NCBI GenBank assembly: GCA_963775425.1
Contig: CAVZJB010000011.1
Coordinates: 1,056,001 to 1,120,000, forward strand
Direction: 5' to 3'
Source of the DNA: an uncultured delta proteobacterium
GTDB lineage: Bacteria > Myxococcota > UBA727 > VGSZ01
DNA length: 64,000 bases
Below the pieces are notes generated by a model, which saw only the letters and a program-made list of their open reading frames with translations, was not told the origin of the DNA and made no database searches. The position numbers and the translations under genes were made by a program. Of the stretch, positions 41,601-51,857 are shown piece after piece (positions within the stretch are counted from its first letter, which is position 1; every line of letters begins with the position of its first letter).

Positions 41601-44600
41601 CGCGGCGGCCCGCGCGCCGGCCGGTACGCGCAAGGACGCATCGCCGAAGAGCAGCGAGGACAGCAGGTGCTGCAGCACGGGGAGCAGGGCCGGCGTAAGC
41701 TTCGCTCGCTGCAGCCGCCGCGGGCTCGCCTGTTCGGCATCGCGGAACGCCCAGCGAATCGCGTGCATCGACTGATACTTGCGCGCGAGACCGATGGCGA
41801 CGGCTCGGCTGCGTCCGACCGTCGTCACGAAGGCGAGCGTCACCGAGCCGTTCGGCGCGAGCACGACACGTGCCCTCAGGCTCATGATGGGATCGAGCAC
41901 CGCTCCGACGCTCCCGCTCAGCTCCGCGCCGCTCCCCCGCAGCGCCTGTGGAACCTCGCTGCCCGTGCACCGGCCGAGGAAGGCGCCGCGATCACTCTCG
42001 AACCCTGCGAACGAGACCGCTGGTCCTTCACGCACGAGTGCGTGTACCAGGACGGCGCTCTCTTCGGTCGGACCCTGCGGGCGGCGCGCAAACAGGAGGC
42101 CGTCGAGCCCGGGAACGCGATCACTCTCGATGAACATGCTGGTGAACGCAGGGTGCGCGAGGGCGCGCGCGGCCTCGAAGAGCACGGGTCGGCCGGCGCT
42201 CGTCAGCGTGAGGTGACGCGTGCGCGCGGTCTCGTTGTGCAGCGTGACCAGTCGAACCTCGACGTCATCGGCCGCCGCCACCGCGACGTCCACGTGCACC
42301 GAGATTCCGCGCTTGCGCAAGTGCATCTCGGCGTTGTGCATCGCATATGTGGTGCGGCCCTCCACCGAAGTTGCGCGCCAGACCTCGCGGCTCTGTTCGT
42401 CGCGGAGGTAGAGCCACAGCCCGTCGTCGTCGTGGGTCGGGTCGGGCTCGTAACGCGTGACGGCGAGTCCCTGCCAGACAAGCCCCCCGCCGCCGGAGCC
42501 GGTCACGAGGCTCGTCAAGCGCCCGTTGCTCAACACGAACGCCTGGGGATGCGCCTGATCGACCGACCACGGCGCGGGTGGAGACGGCGCGATCACCGAG
42601 GCGGCACCGGGGACGATCTTGTCGGTATCCGCGACGGGCCACTCGGCGGGGGGCTGGTCGGGGGCGCGCTCGTTGAGGAGCAGCGTCCCCGCGTCGACGA
42701 GCGCGTCGGCGTGAAAGCGCGCGACCATCGTGCGCGCGTTCAAGAAGTTGCCGAGCGCGATGAGCAGCATCCCCTGATGGTGAGCCATGTAAGAGCGCAC
42801 GACGGCGTAGGGTTGGCCGTGCGGTTCGTGCTCCGACGCGCGCGCGTCCGTGAAATCGATCGCCTCGAAGAGCCCGTAGGTTCCGAGCATCCCCATCGCT
42901 TCGAGCGCGCGCACGTTGTCGATCACCGCGCGCGGGCGGATGGACACCGCGAGGAGCGATGCGTATGGCGTGACGACGCGATCCTCCTCGAGGCCGCGCT
43001 TGAAGCCGAGCCCGGGGACGCCGAAGGAGCGGTACTGGTAGGTGTGGTCGGCGTCCACGCGCGCGTAGGCGGACTCGGAGATGCCCCACGGTTCGTCGTT
43101 GTGTTCGCCGTACGCGATCTGGGCGTCGACGGCGAGCGCGCAAGTCTGCTCGAGCAGCGTGCCCTCCTGGCTCTTCATGAGGAGGCCGGGCATCAGGTAC
43201 TCGAACATCGTTCCGCCCCAGGACAGGAGCGCCGGGCTGCCGGCCACGCGCGTCATCGGGCGGCCGAGCGCGTACCAATGCTCCTCCGGCACATCGCGCT
43301 TGACGATCGCGAGGTAGCTGGCGAGCCGCGCCTCCGATGCGAGCAGGTCGTAGTAGTGCTTGTCGACCTGATCGATCGACGCGTTGTAGCCGATGTGAAA
43401 GAGCTTTCGCTCGCCGTCGTAGAGGAGCTTGAAGTCCATGCCGCGGACCTCTTCGTCCGCGTTCGCAGCCAGCGTCGCGAGCTCCGCGACAAGCGCGGTC
43501 GCGTTCGCCGCCGCGCTGCGAAGCGCAGCGTCGAGCCGCTGTGCCGACGCATCGAGCTCCGGCGAGGCGTCGCCGCGCTGGCGCCGTGCACCGACGTTCT
43601 CCTCGAGCGCGGCCCGCAAAACGTCGGACGCACCGGCAATCTCGTCGAGGCGCAGCCCCGCGGGCAAGTCGATGCCTTGCGTCGCCGCATCGTCCTGCAG
43701 GGCCAACCAGGGAAGCAGCACCTCGAGCTCGTGGCGCATCGCGCGCATCTGTTGGTGGAGGGCTTCAATCGCCGTGCGAAGCGCGTGCAGCAGCTCGGGC
43801 TCGTGCCGGTGGGCGCCGCTCTCAACCAGCTCCAGCAGCTCCCGGTTGAGCTCCACCGCGGTCTCGTCGCAGAGCTCTCGCAGCGTCTCGTAGGTTTCGC
43901 CGAGAGCGCCGCGCGCGTGCAGCGCCGCCGCGTCCATGCGCGCGATGAGCTCGCGCAGCGCGGCGACGGGGCCGGCCGGGCTCGACGGCAACGTCTCACC
44001 GAGGAGCGCGATCGAGTCACGCAGACCGTCCCACGCCTCGGCGCGGACAACCGGCGCCCCCATCACCTCGGCCAGGCCTTGCTTCAACGCGAGGAGGCAG
44101 CCCGCAAAGTTGCCGCTGTCCACCGTCGACACGTAGTGCGGCAGCAGGGGCTGGAGGTTCTTGGTGTCGTACCAGTTCAGCAGGTGACCGCGGTAGCGCT
44201 GCATGCGCGCGATGCTGTCGAAGGCGCGCCGCACGCGCAGCGAGAGCTCGGTCACGCCGACGTAGCCGAAGTCATAAGCGGAGAGCGTCGCGAGGAGCAT
44301 CAAGCCCACGTTCGTCGGCGACGTGCGGTGCGCGAGTTGTGCGCGCGGCTCCGCTTGATAATTGTCCACGGGCAACCATTGGTCGTCTGGCCCGACGAAC
44401 CTGTCGAAGAACCGCCAGGTGCGGCGCGCGAGCAGGCGCAGCTTGGTCCGGTCGCTCTGCGTCACGCGCTCCACACGCGACCGCGGACGCTTGCTCAGCC
44501 AGCGCGCGAGCTCCGGCGCCGACAGCCACAGCGCGAGCAGCGGGGCGGCGACGATGAACGCCGTTGGACGAACGAGGAGCACCAGCGCACCGATCGTGAG

Positions 44601-47157
44601 CACGAGGATCGTGGAGGGAATCATCGTCTGCCAGAGCAGCGCGCGCGCGGACCGCAACTCGACCCCGAGGGCCGTGTGCGCGTCGCTCGTCCATTGCAGC
44701 AAGTACCGGCGCGTGATGCTCGTCCTCACGGCGACACGGATGACGGCGTCCACCGCCACTGCCGCCTCCTGAGCGAGGAAGGCGATGCCGAGCGCGCAGC
44801 GAGCGAGGTCGTTCTTGCGCACCCGTCCGCGGCTCGCGAGCACGAGGACGAGCGGAGCGAACAGGATGGCCAGCGCCGCGAGGGTCCACGGCAGCGGCGC
44901 GCCGGGGAGCCGCACCCACCCGAGCACGAGAAACAACAGGAGGAGCGGGCTCGTCAAGCTGCGGCGCAGGTTGTCGGCGATCTTCCAGCGGTCGATGAGC
45001 GCGAGGCGATTCGGGACGCTCCTGTTGCCCGCCGCGGGGACGCGCGAAAACAGCCATGGCACGAGCTGCCAATCGCCACGAATCCACCGGTGCATTCTCT
45101 TTGTGTACGTCGCGTAGTTGGACGGATACGGCTCGAAGACGAGGATGTCCGTCGCCAGCGCGGTGCGGCCGTGAATCCCCTCGAAGAGGTCGTGGCTCAC
45201 GAGCCGGTTTTCCGGTGCGCGTCCGCCGACGCTGCGAACGAATGCGTCTACGTCGTAGATGCCTTTGCCGACGTAAACCCCGGATCCGAAGAGATCCTGG
45301 TACATCTCGGAACATGCGTGGGTGTAGATGTCGAAGCCCACGTCGCCGGAGAAGATGCGCGCGAACCTCGTTGCGCGCGCGGCCGACGGCGAAGTCTCCA
45401 CGCGCGGTTGCACAATCGTATACCCGGCGACAACGCGATCGCTCGCCGGATCGAAGACCGCGCGGTTCAAAGGATGGGCGAGCAGCCCGACCAGCCGACT
45501 CCCGCTCCCCATGGGAAGCTCGGTATCGCTGTCGAGCGTGATCACGTAGCGAACGCCAAGGAGCCCGCCGGGGTCACCGACGTGGCGTGAGAAGCTGGTC
45601 GACGTGTCGCCGCGTAGCAGGCGGTTGAGCTCTTCGAGCTTTCCACGCTTGCGCTCCCACCCCATGAAGCGCTTCTCGGCGGGATTCCACAGCGGGTCGC
45701 GATGGAGGAGATGAAACGGGCCAATCCCGCCCTTTCCGTGCTTGCGGTTGAGCGCGGTGACAGCTCGCGCGGCGCTCTCGAGGAGCGCGGCCTTGTCGGG
45801 GCTCTCTAGTGCGGTCTTTGCGTCGACGTAGTCCGTGAGAAGCGCAAACTGGAATTGCGGATCGGGATTCTTGAGGTAGTGCAGCTCGATCTGACGCATC
45901 ATGGCGCGCACGTCGTCGTCACGGCCGAGGAGCGTCGGGATGACGACGAGCGTCCGCACCTCGGCGGGCAAGCCCGCCGTGAAGTCGAATCTTCGGGAGG
46001 GTCCGCGGCGGGAGCAGGCGCGCGAGCACGAGCTGCAGGAGCGCGACGGCGACGGCGGAGACCGGTATGAGCGCGACGATGAGAACGACGGCGGTCCACG
46101 CGAGCGGGACGGTGTCGGGCGCGACGACGCGTGCGAGGAGCCACCCGAGCGCGACCGCAGGGAGCGCCGTAAACAAGGTGAGCAAAACGAAGTACGCGGT
46201 GGTCGGCCGTCGCGTGACCGCTCGGCGAACGCGTTCGAGGCCGACCGCGCGATAGTGAAGCTTCTCCTCGAGCGCGGACCGCCCCTCAGCGACGAGGTAG
46301 TAGCCGACGTGGCCGCGACGTGGGTCGGACTCCTCCCCGCGGGCGAGGTCGATGGCGAGGCTGGCGACGTCTTCCTCGGTGCGCTCGGTGGCCCACGCCA
46401 GCGCCTCGACCACGTTGCGGTACGAATCGCACGTCTCGAAGTCCATACGCGCGTAGACAAGCGCCGGGTCGCTGCGCAGGACGGCTTCGGTGCGACTCGT
46501 AACTTCGAAGAAGGCCTTCCAATCGAGCGCGTCCAGCACCCGTAGCGCGTGCACGGATCGCTCGACGTCGATATCGGCGTCGAGCTGGGCGGGCGCGGGC
46601 TCGTCTGAGTCCGCGTCGTCGAGCGGCACGCCGAGAGCGTGGAGTGACTCGAGGAGGCGATCGAGCACCGCCGCGCGCAACATCGTCGGCAGCGCCCAGA
46701 GCTCGGCGATCGTGAGCGGAGAGACTTCCTGGTATGCATCGATGAAGCGACGGAGGGTGATCGGGTCGACGGCAGCGCTGCTTTTGTCGACGAGCGCGCG
46801 TGCGAGGGAGTCGATCCGCGGGCGTTCGCGCGCGGCGCCGGAGGCGAGCAGCGGGAGGTGACGGACGAAGCCCGTCGGCAGCTCTTCTTCGACCTGACGG
46901 GCGACGCGACGAACCAAGTAGTAGTTGTCGAGAAACCATTCGCTGGCCCTGCGCAGCGCGCTCTCTCCCGTCGACGCCCCCCGCATGTGCTTGAGGGCGC
47001 GATCGAGCCGCGGCGAGAAGTGCGGTGGCTTGAACGGTGTGGCGCCCCGCTGCGCGCGCGCGAGGTCGCGCTGCGCCTCGGCCAGAGCGCGCGCCTCGGC
47101 TTCGAGGAGCGCGGTCGACGCGGCCTCGTGCGCTGCCGCGTCAGCCTCGACGCTCAC
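38676..47157 (-). CDS. ndvB: Cyclic beta-1,2-glucan synthase (GT84 plus GH94-like C-terminus), about 2826 aa; one +1 frameshift at about 45989
   Basis: EWFLDNYY, ELWALP, MDFETCDSYR, GWERKRGKLEELN, TLDSDT, SHDLFEG, RWIRGDWQL, YDLLASEARL, QSSGAFGYRDQLQD, GDWNDGMN, GVRENGGQYTH, GWTWYTG. Removing one base at GAATC 45987-45991 gives LPKIDFTAG. Confidence 0.92.
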
Positions 47158-48170
47158 AGGCTTTCCGGCGCGTAGTTCGCTCGTGGCGAGGGCTGTGCGA
47201 GCGGCTCGTTGTCGTCGGCGGCGCGGCGCGTCTCGAGCTCGGGCAGGTCCTGAAGCACGAGGAGCGGCGCGATCCCGTGGGTCAGCAGGTAGGCCGTGAC
47301 ACCCCCGAACGAGCGCGCCGAGTCGCAAGCGGACCCGTGCGCCGACAGCACGATGAGGTCAGCGTGCTCTCGCTGCGAGAGCTCGAGCAGCCCTTGATGC
47401 TGGCTGGCGTGTCGCACCACGAGGGTGCGCACGGAGGTCGTCTCATGGGCGAGCTGCGCCTGAAGGTGCTCGAGGTAGTTCCGCGCACCAGCCTCGGTGC
47501 GCTTCGCCAGCTCGTGCGCAAGCGCGACGTCTTCGGGCGCTTGCAGCAATGACGTCGGCAACGGCTCGGCTACGACGTGGACGAGGAGGATTTCGGCCCC
47601 ATGCGCGCTGGCGATGCGCGCGGCGGGCGGCAGCACGCTCTCGGCGCGCAGCAATCCGTCGAGCGGGACCAGGATGCGCTTCAGGGCCACCACCTTCTCC
47701 GCGGCCGAAGAGGAACGAGCGACGAGGACGGAGCTGCGCGTCACGGCGAGGACCTGCTGCACGGTGCTGCCGAGGCTCCACGGCGTCACGCCCGCCTCGC
47801 CGTGACTCCCGAGCACCGTGATCTCGGCGCCGAGCTCACGCGCGAGGTCGACGATGCGTTCAGCGGGATGGCCTTGCTCGAGCCGTGCATCGACGGGCCG
47901 ACCCAGTGCTTGGGCTGCTCGCGCCGTGAGGCGCTCGAGGTAGGTCGCGGCCTCTTGCCGCGAGATCTCCCATCCGAGGGCGTCGCTGGTCTGCGGGCCC
48001 GCGTGGTCGTGGTGGGGTTGCATGACATGGACGAGCGTCACGGCGCTGTGGAACGCTTGGGCGAGGGAAACCGCGTAGGGGACGCACACCTCGGAGAAGC
48101 TGGAGCCGTCGACGCACGCGAGGACGCGGCCTCCGTGAAGCTTCAGGTCGGGGAGCGGGTTCGTCGTCAT
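47154..48170 (-). CDS. Tandem universal stress protein
   Basis: VLACVDGS..GHPAERI..LGSHG..LGS and ILVPLDG..ADLIVLSAHG..FGGV; stop overlaps the GTG start of the glucan synthase. Confidence 0.9.
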   Translation of the reverse strand: MTTNPLPDLKLHGGRVLACVDGSSFSEVCVPYAVSLAQAFHSAVTLVHVMQPHHDHAGPQTSDALGWEISRQEAATYLERLTARAAQALGRPVDARLEQGHPAERIVDLARELGAEITVLGSHGEAGVTPWSLGSTVQQVLAVTRSSVLVARSSSAAEKVVALKRILVPLDGLLRAESVLPPAARIASAHGAEILLVHVVAEPLPTSLLQAPEDVALAHELAKRTEAGARNYLEHLQAQLAHETTSVRTLVVRHASQHQGLLELSQREHADLIVLSAHGSACDSARSFGGVTAYLLTHGIAPLLVLQDLPELETRRAADDNEPLAQPSPRANYAPESL

Positions 48171-48183
48171 AGGGCGCCATTGT

Positions 48184-48198
48184 GCAGACGACGTGCCA
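48184..48198 (-). promoter_or_regulatory. Putative sigma54 -24/-12 promoter of the usp-ndvB operon
   Basis: Minus strand TGGCAC-GTCGT-CTGC (GG-N10-GC), 13 nt upstream of ATG 48170. Confidence 0.55.
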
Positions 48199-48532
48199 CC
48201 GCTTTTGCCGAGCGCTGCCCGAAGATCGGCGTGACGGCGTGTCGACCGGCACTTCCAGGTTGCGCGATCGCACGGCGCGGTCGGAGCGCCGCCGCGCCGA
48301 CGGGCGGATCCACTGTCCTCCTGTAAAACATGAGCGTCGTCGTGGACGAAAGTGCAGACCGGCGCTCCACGGATGCCGCCCATCCGGTCCTGAACGACGC
48401 GAACCGGTGCAAAGTTTTCCGACCGCGCGCCTCGCGCTCGAGCGCGCCCCGCTGCACGTCCTTGCCGCGCCAACCGTGCGCTCGCATAGAGAAGGACGAC
48501 GCAGGTCACGAACAAGCAAGAAGGAAAGAAAC

Positions 48533-49168
48533 ATGGACACCACGATTGCCGGCACCTACCCCCAGGCCACTCGCGTTCGCGGCGCGGCTACGATGACGCG
48601 CATCCTCGACAAGGCGGTTCACATCGCTTCGGTCGAGGGACTCGAGTCGATGAGCCTCGCAACCCTCGCGAAGGCGACTTCGATGTCGAAGAGCGGGCTC
48701 TTCGCGCACTTCCGCAACAAGGAGGCCCTCCAGCTCGCCACCATCGACGAAGCCGAGCGCATCTTCTTCGAGGCGGTCGTGACGCCGTCGCAGAGCTTGA
48801 AGGGCATCGAGCGCCTCTCGAGGATGATCGGCGACTACAGCGATTGCTGCGCCCTGTCGCCCTTCCGCGGCGGGTGCTTCTTCGCGGCGGCGGCGCACGA
48901 GTTCGACGGTCGACCCGGGGCGGTGCGCGAGCGGGTGGTCACGTTCTTCGAGCGTTGGCACGACGAGCTCAGGAGCGCGGCGCTGCAGGCGATCGAGAGC
49001 GGGCAGGTCAGGGCCGACCTCGACGTCGAGCAATTGACCTTCGACGTCGACGCCATCGGGCTCGCCGTGAACCTCGCCGCGCAGCTCGGCGCCGGCGCCG
49101 ATCGCGCGCGTGGGCAGGGGCGTGCGGCCGCTGCAGCGCTGCTCGGGTTCGTCCAAAGCATGAACTGA
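48533..49168 (+). CDS. TetR/AcrR-family transcriptional regulator
   Basis: ILDKA..EGLESMSLATLAKATSMSKSGLFAHFRNKEAL, GGCFF; AAGGA RBS. Confidence 0.92.
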   Translation: MDTTIAGTYPQATRVRGAATMTRILDKAVHIASVEGLESMSLATLAKATSMSKSGLFAHFRNKEALQLATIDEAERIFFEAVVTPSQSLKGIERLSRMIGDYSDCCALSPFRGGCFFAAAAHEFDGRPGAVRERVVTFFERWHDELRSAALQAIESGQVRADLDVEQLTFDVDAIGLAVNLAAQLGAGADRARGQGRAAAAALLGFVQSMN

Positions 49169-49214
49169 GCGATGATGGACTGCGGCGCAGAGCTTCTCGA
49201 ACGACGCGTTCGCA

Positions 49215-49244
49215 TCGACGACGGCCCTCCCGGGCCGTCGTCGA
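49215..49244. terminator. 13-bp stem hairpin between the convergent tetR and bEBP genes
   Basis: TCGACGACGGCCC-TCCC-GGGCCGTCGTCGA. Confidence 0.55.
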
Positions 49245-49303
49245 CGGCCCTCCCGCCGACGCCGCCGGGTCAGGCGTGTCGCGCCTGGTTCCCTCGACCG
49301 GCT

Positions 49304-51094
49304 TCATTGCAGGAGGGCGCCGCGCACGAAGTCTTGAATGCGATCCAATTCGAGGGGCTTGGTCAGCAGCGCCGTCACGCCGAGCGTCTCGGCTCGCTCC
49401 TTCGTCTCACGGTCGACGAACGCGGTGATGAGCACCAACGGAAGATCACAGGACAGCGTGCGGACCTTCTCGAGCACCTGGAGACCGGACGCGCCGGGCA
49501 GCCTGACGTCGGCGATGATGATGTCGGGCCAGGCGTCGTCGGGGGCGACGGACATGCTCGACGCGACCTGGGTCAAGAGCGCGGTTCCGTCGGAGAGCGC
49601 GACGACCTCGTGTCCCTCGCCCGCCAGGAGATCGGTCAGCGCCTCGCGCAGCGCCTCGTCGTCCTCGGCCAGCAGGATTCGCGCTCGTTCGCGCGACGCG
49701 CGGGGGATCAGCTCCGCCGGCGCCGGCTTCGTGCGCGCACCCTCGGCGCGATAGGCCTTGAGCCGATAGTGGACCTTCCGTTCCGAGGCCCCGAGCATCT
49801 CGGCGGCGGCCCTCACGCTGCCGAGCGCGTCGTACGTCTCGAGGATCGCGGCTCGCTCGATCTCCTTGAGCGTTCGACCGACGAGCTGAGCGCCCGTTGG
49901 CGCGCTGATCGTGCGCGGCGACTTCGAGAGGTACGCCGGCAGGCTACCGCTGACGATCGTGTCCCCGGTCGCCACCGCGAGCGCCTGCAGCGCGACGTTC
50001 TGCAGCTCGCGCACGTTTCCCGGCCAGTCGTGGCGCAGGAGCGCGCGCATCACTTCGGGTGATGAGGCCGGCGGCCGGCGCCGCTGGGCTTGGGCGGCGA
50101 ATGCGACGAAGTGCTCCCACAGCGCGAGCGTGTCGGCGGCGCGCCCGCGCAGCGGCGGGACCTCCGTGGACAGGGCGCTCAAGCGGTAGAAGAGATCGGC
50201 GCGGAAGCGGCCGCGCTCGACCTCCTCTTCGAGTCGCCGATGCGTCGCCGCGATGATGCGGACGTCGATGGAGCTGCTCTCGCTCCCGCCGGCGTGCTCG
50301 GGGGGCTGCTCTTCGAGGATGCCGAGCAGCTTCACCTGGAGGTTCAGCGGGAGGTCGGCGATCTCGTCGAGGAAGAGCGTTCCTCCGTCGGCGAGCCCGA
50401 ACCAGCCCTCGCGCCGCGCCCGCGGGTTCCCAGGCGCACCACTGTCGTAGCCGAAGAGCTCGGAGGCGATCAGCGACTCGGGCAACGACGCGCAGTTGAC
50501 GGTCACGAAGGGACCGCCACGCCGTGCTGAGAGGCGGTGCAACGCGCGCGCGACGACCTGTTTGCCCGTGCCGGTCTCGCCGGTGATCACCACGGAAGCG
50601 CGCGACTGCGCGGCGCCGAGCACGAAGCGCCAGAGGTCGCGCATCGGCGGCGTGGATCCGACGAGGAGCGCGGGCAGCTCCACCTGCGTCCGCGCGGGGG
50701 CTTTTGTGGTGACCGCTTCGTGCAGAAGGCTCCTCCGCAACGCCACGGGGTCGACCGGGTGCACGAGGACGGCGTCGGCGTTGCATGCGGCGGCGAGCGT
50801 CAGGTTCTTTCCGGAGGGCTCCGCGATGATGAGTACGCATGCGCAACGGTGCAGCGCGCGCACGCGCGACACGAACGTGGCGAGGTCGGGCCCTGCGTCG
50901 ACGACGTCGAGCACGACGACGTGCGGCTGCCAGTCGGCGATCGCCGCGGGGTCCGCGACGTCCTCGACGACTCGCACGAGCATGCCCTCTGCTTCGATCG
51001 CTCGGCGCAGCTCCCCGGCCGGTCCCTCCGCGGCCACGAGAGCCACGCGCGGGCCCCATGGCCGTCGGCCGATTGCGGTCAAGTGCGCGTCCAC
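49304..51094 (-). CDS. Atypical NtrC-like regulator: degenerate REC, AAA+ lacking GAFTGA, Fis HTH, REC
   Basis: GETGTGKQ, ELFGYDSGAPGNP, GGTLFLDEI, FRADLFYRL, WPGNVREL, HTH, then ILLAEDD..IIADVRLP..ITA..KP. Start uncertain (GTG 51094). Confidence 0.85.
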   Translation of the reverse strand: MDAHLTAIGRRPWGPRVALVAAEGPAGELRRAIEAEGMLVRVVEDVADPAAIADWQPHVVVLDVVDAGPDLATFVSRVRALHRCACVLIIAEPSGKNLTLAAACNADAVLVHPVDPVALRRSLLHEAVTTKAPARTQVELPALLVGSTPPMRDLWRFVLGAAQSRASVVITGETGTGKQVVARALHRLSARRGGPFVTVNCASLPESLIASELFGYDSGAPGNPRARREGWFGLADGGTLFLDEIADLPLNLQVKLLGILEEQPPEHAGGSESSSIDVRIIAATHRRLEEEVERGRFRADLFYRLSALSTEVPPLRGRAADTLALWEHFVAFAAQAQRRRPPASSPEVMRALLRHDWPGNVRELQNVALQALAVATGDTIVSGSLPAYLSKSPRTISAPTGAQLVGRTLKEIERAAILETYDALGSVRAAAEMLGASERKVHYRLKAYRAEGARTKPAPAELIPRASRERARILLAEDDEALREALTDLLAGEGHEVVALSDGTALLTQVASSMSVAPDDAWPDIIIADVRLPGASGLQVLEKVRTLSCDLPLVLITAFVDRETKERAETLGVTALLTKPLELDRIQDFVRGALLQ

Positions 51095-51231
51095 GGAGCC
51101 AACCGCGCCTCCTCGAAGGCGCGATGGGTCCTCGCGACGAAGAGCGTGAATTCGATGCCCGTCGTTCGCAGTGTCGCCGCCATGGAGCTTGCCGCATCGA
51201 GCATCGGAACCCACCTCGCGGAGGCCGGTGT

Positions 51232-51247
51232 GCGAGAAGCGCGCCAA
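51232..51247 (-). promoter_or_regulatory. Possible sigma54-like promoter upstream of the bEBP
   Basis: Minus strand TTGGCGC-GCTTC-TCGC (GG-N10-GC); weaker match. Confidence 0.3.
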
Positions 51248-51545
51248 CCGCAAAGTCAGGCGCGGAGCGGAGTGCACGCAAAGCACGCGCAGCATTCGAC
51301 ACACCGCATGTGCGGTTGAACGCGCGAAGGCTCGTACACCGCGACCGCGCGTGCCGGGTGATCCGACACTTCAGCCGACGGCCGCCGGGGAGCAGAGACG
51401 ATCACGCACGCGCGGACGGGCCCATGCGCGCGCACGCTATGCGTTGCACGGGGACGCCCACGCCGTGCTCCATCGAGTCCACCGACGCCCGTGCACCTCG
51501 CCACCCGCTGCGCGTGACAGGCTACGACAGGCTACGATCGTACGG

Positions 51546-51737
51546 ATGAGGGCTCTCGCCACTGTCTGCGTCGCTGCCGCGCTGGGAGCAGGATGCGGGA
51601 TGACTCCGGGACCGTCTCCGGCCGGCTGCCTCGACACCTTCTCGGGCCCTCAAGACCTGACGCCGACACCGGCCGATTGTCGTTGGAGCCCTCTGAGCGC
51701 TGCCCCGGCAGGGGAGACGTTCGTCGACGTCATTTGA
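51546..51737 (+). CDS. Short lipoprotein-like ORF, possibly truncated
   Basis: MRALATVCVAAALGAGC lipobox; TACGAT box 7 nt upstream; only 63 aa. Confidence 0.4.
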   Translation: MRALATVCVAAALGAGCGMTPGPSPAGCLDTFSGPQDLTPTPADCRWSPLSAAPAGETFVDVI

Positions 51738-51857
51738 GCGCTCGAGGCGTACACGTCCCAGGCGGCACTCCCGGGTCGATGACTCGGAGCGGATCTCGGC
51801 CATCGCTCGCCCGCTCGACGGAGATGCCGAGTGGACGGCGCGGCGCTCCGAGTGGGC

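Noticed and set aside
41433-45590. 1385-aa plus-strand ORF, and similar long ORFs such as 19785-22085, 21626-24205, 54699-56954 and 59594-61978
   Set aside because: Antisense shadows of well-supported genes, expected at this GC content; no recognisable motifs.
972-47157. Calling the five frameshifted genes pseudogenes or programmed ribosomal frameshifts
   Set aside because: All share the same GATC +1 context, have no slippery sequence and show no other decay; a sequencing artefact is more parsimonious.
51303-51316. Palindrome ACCGCA-TG-TGCGGT as a TetR or bEBP operator
   Set aside because: Only 6-bp arms and no second copy noticed; insufficient support.
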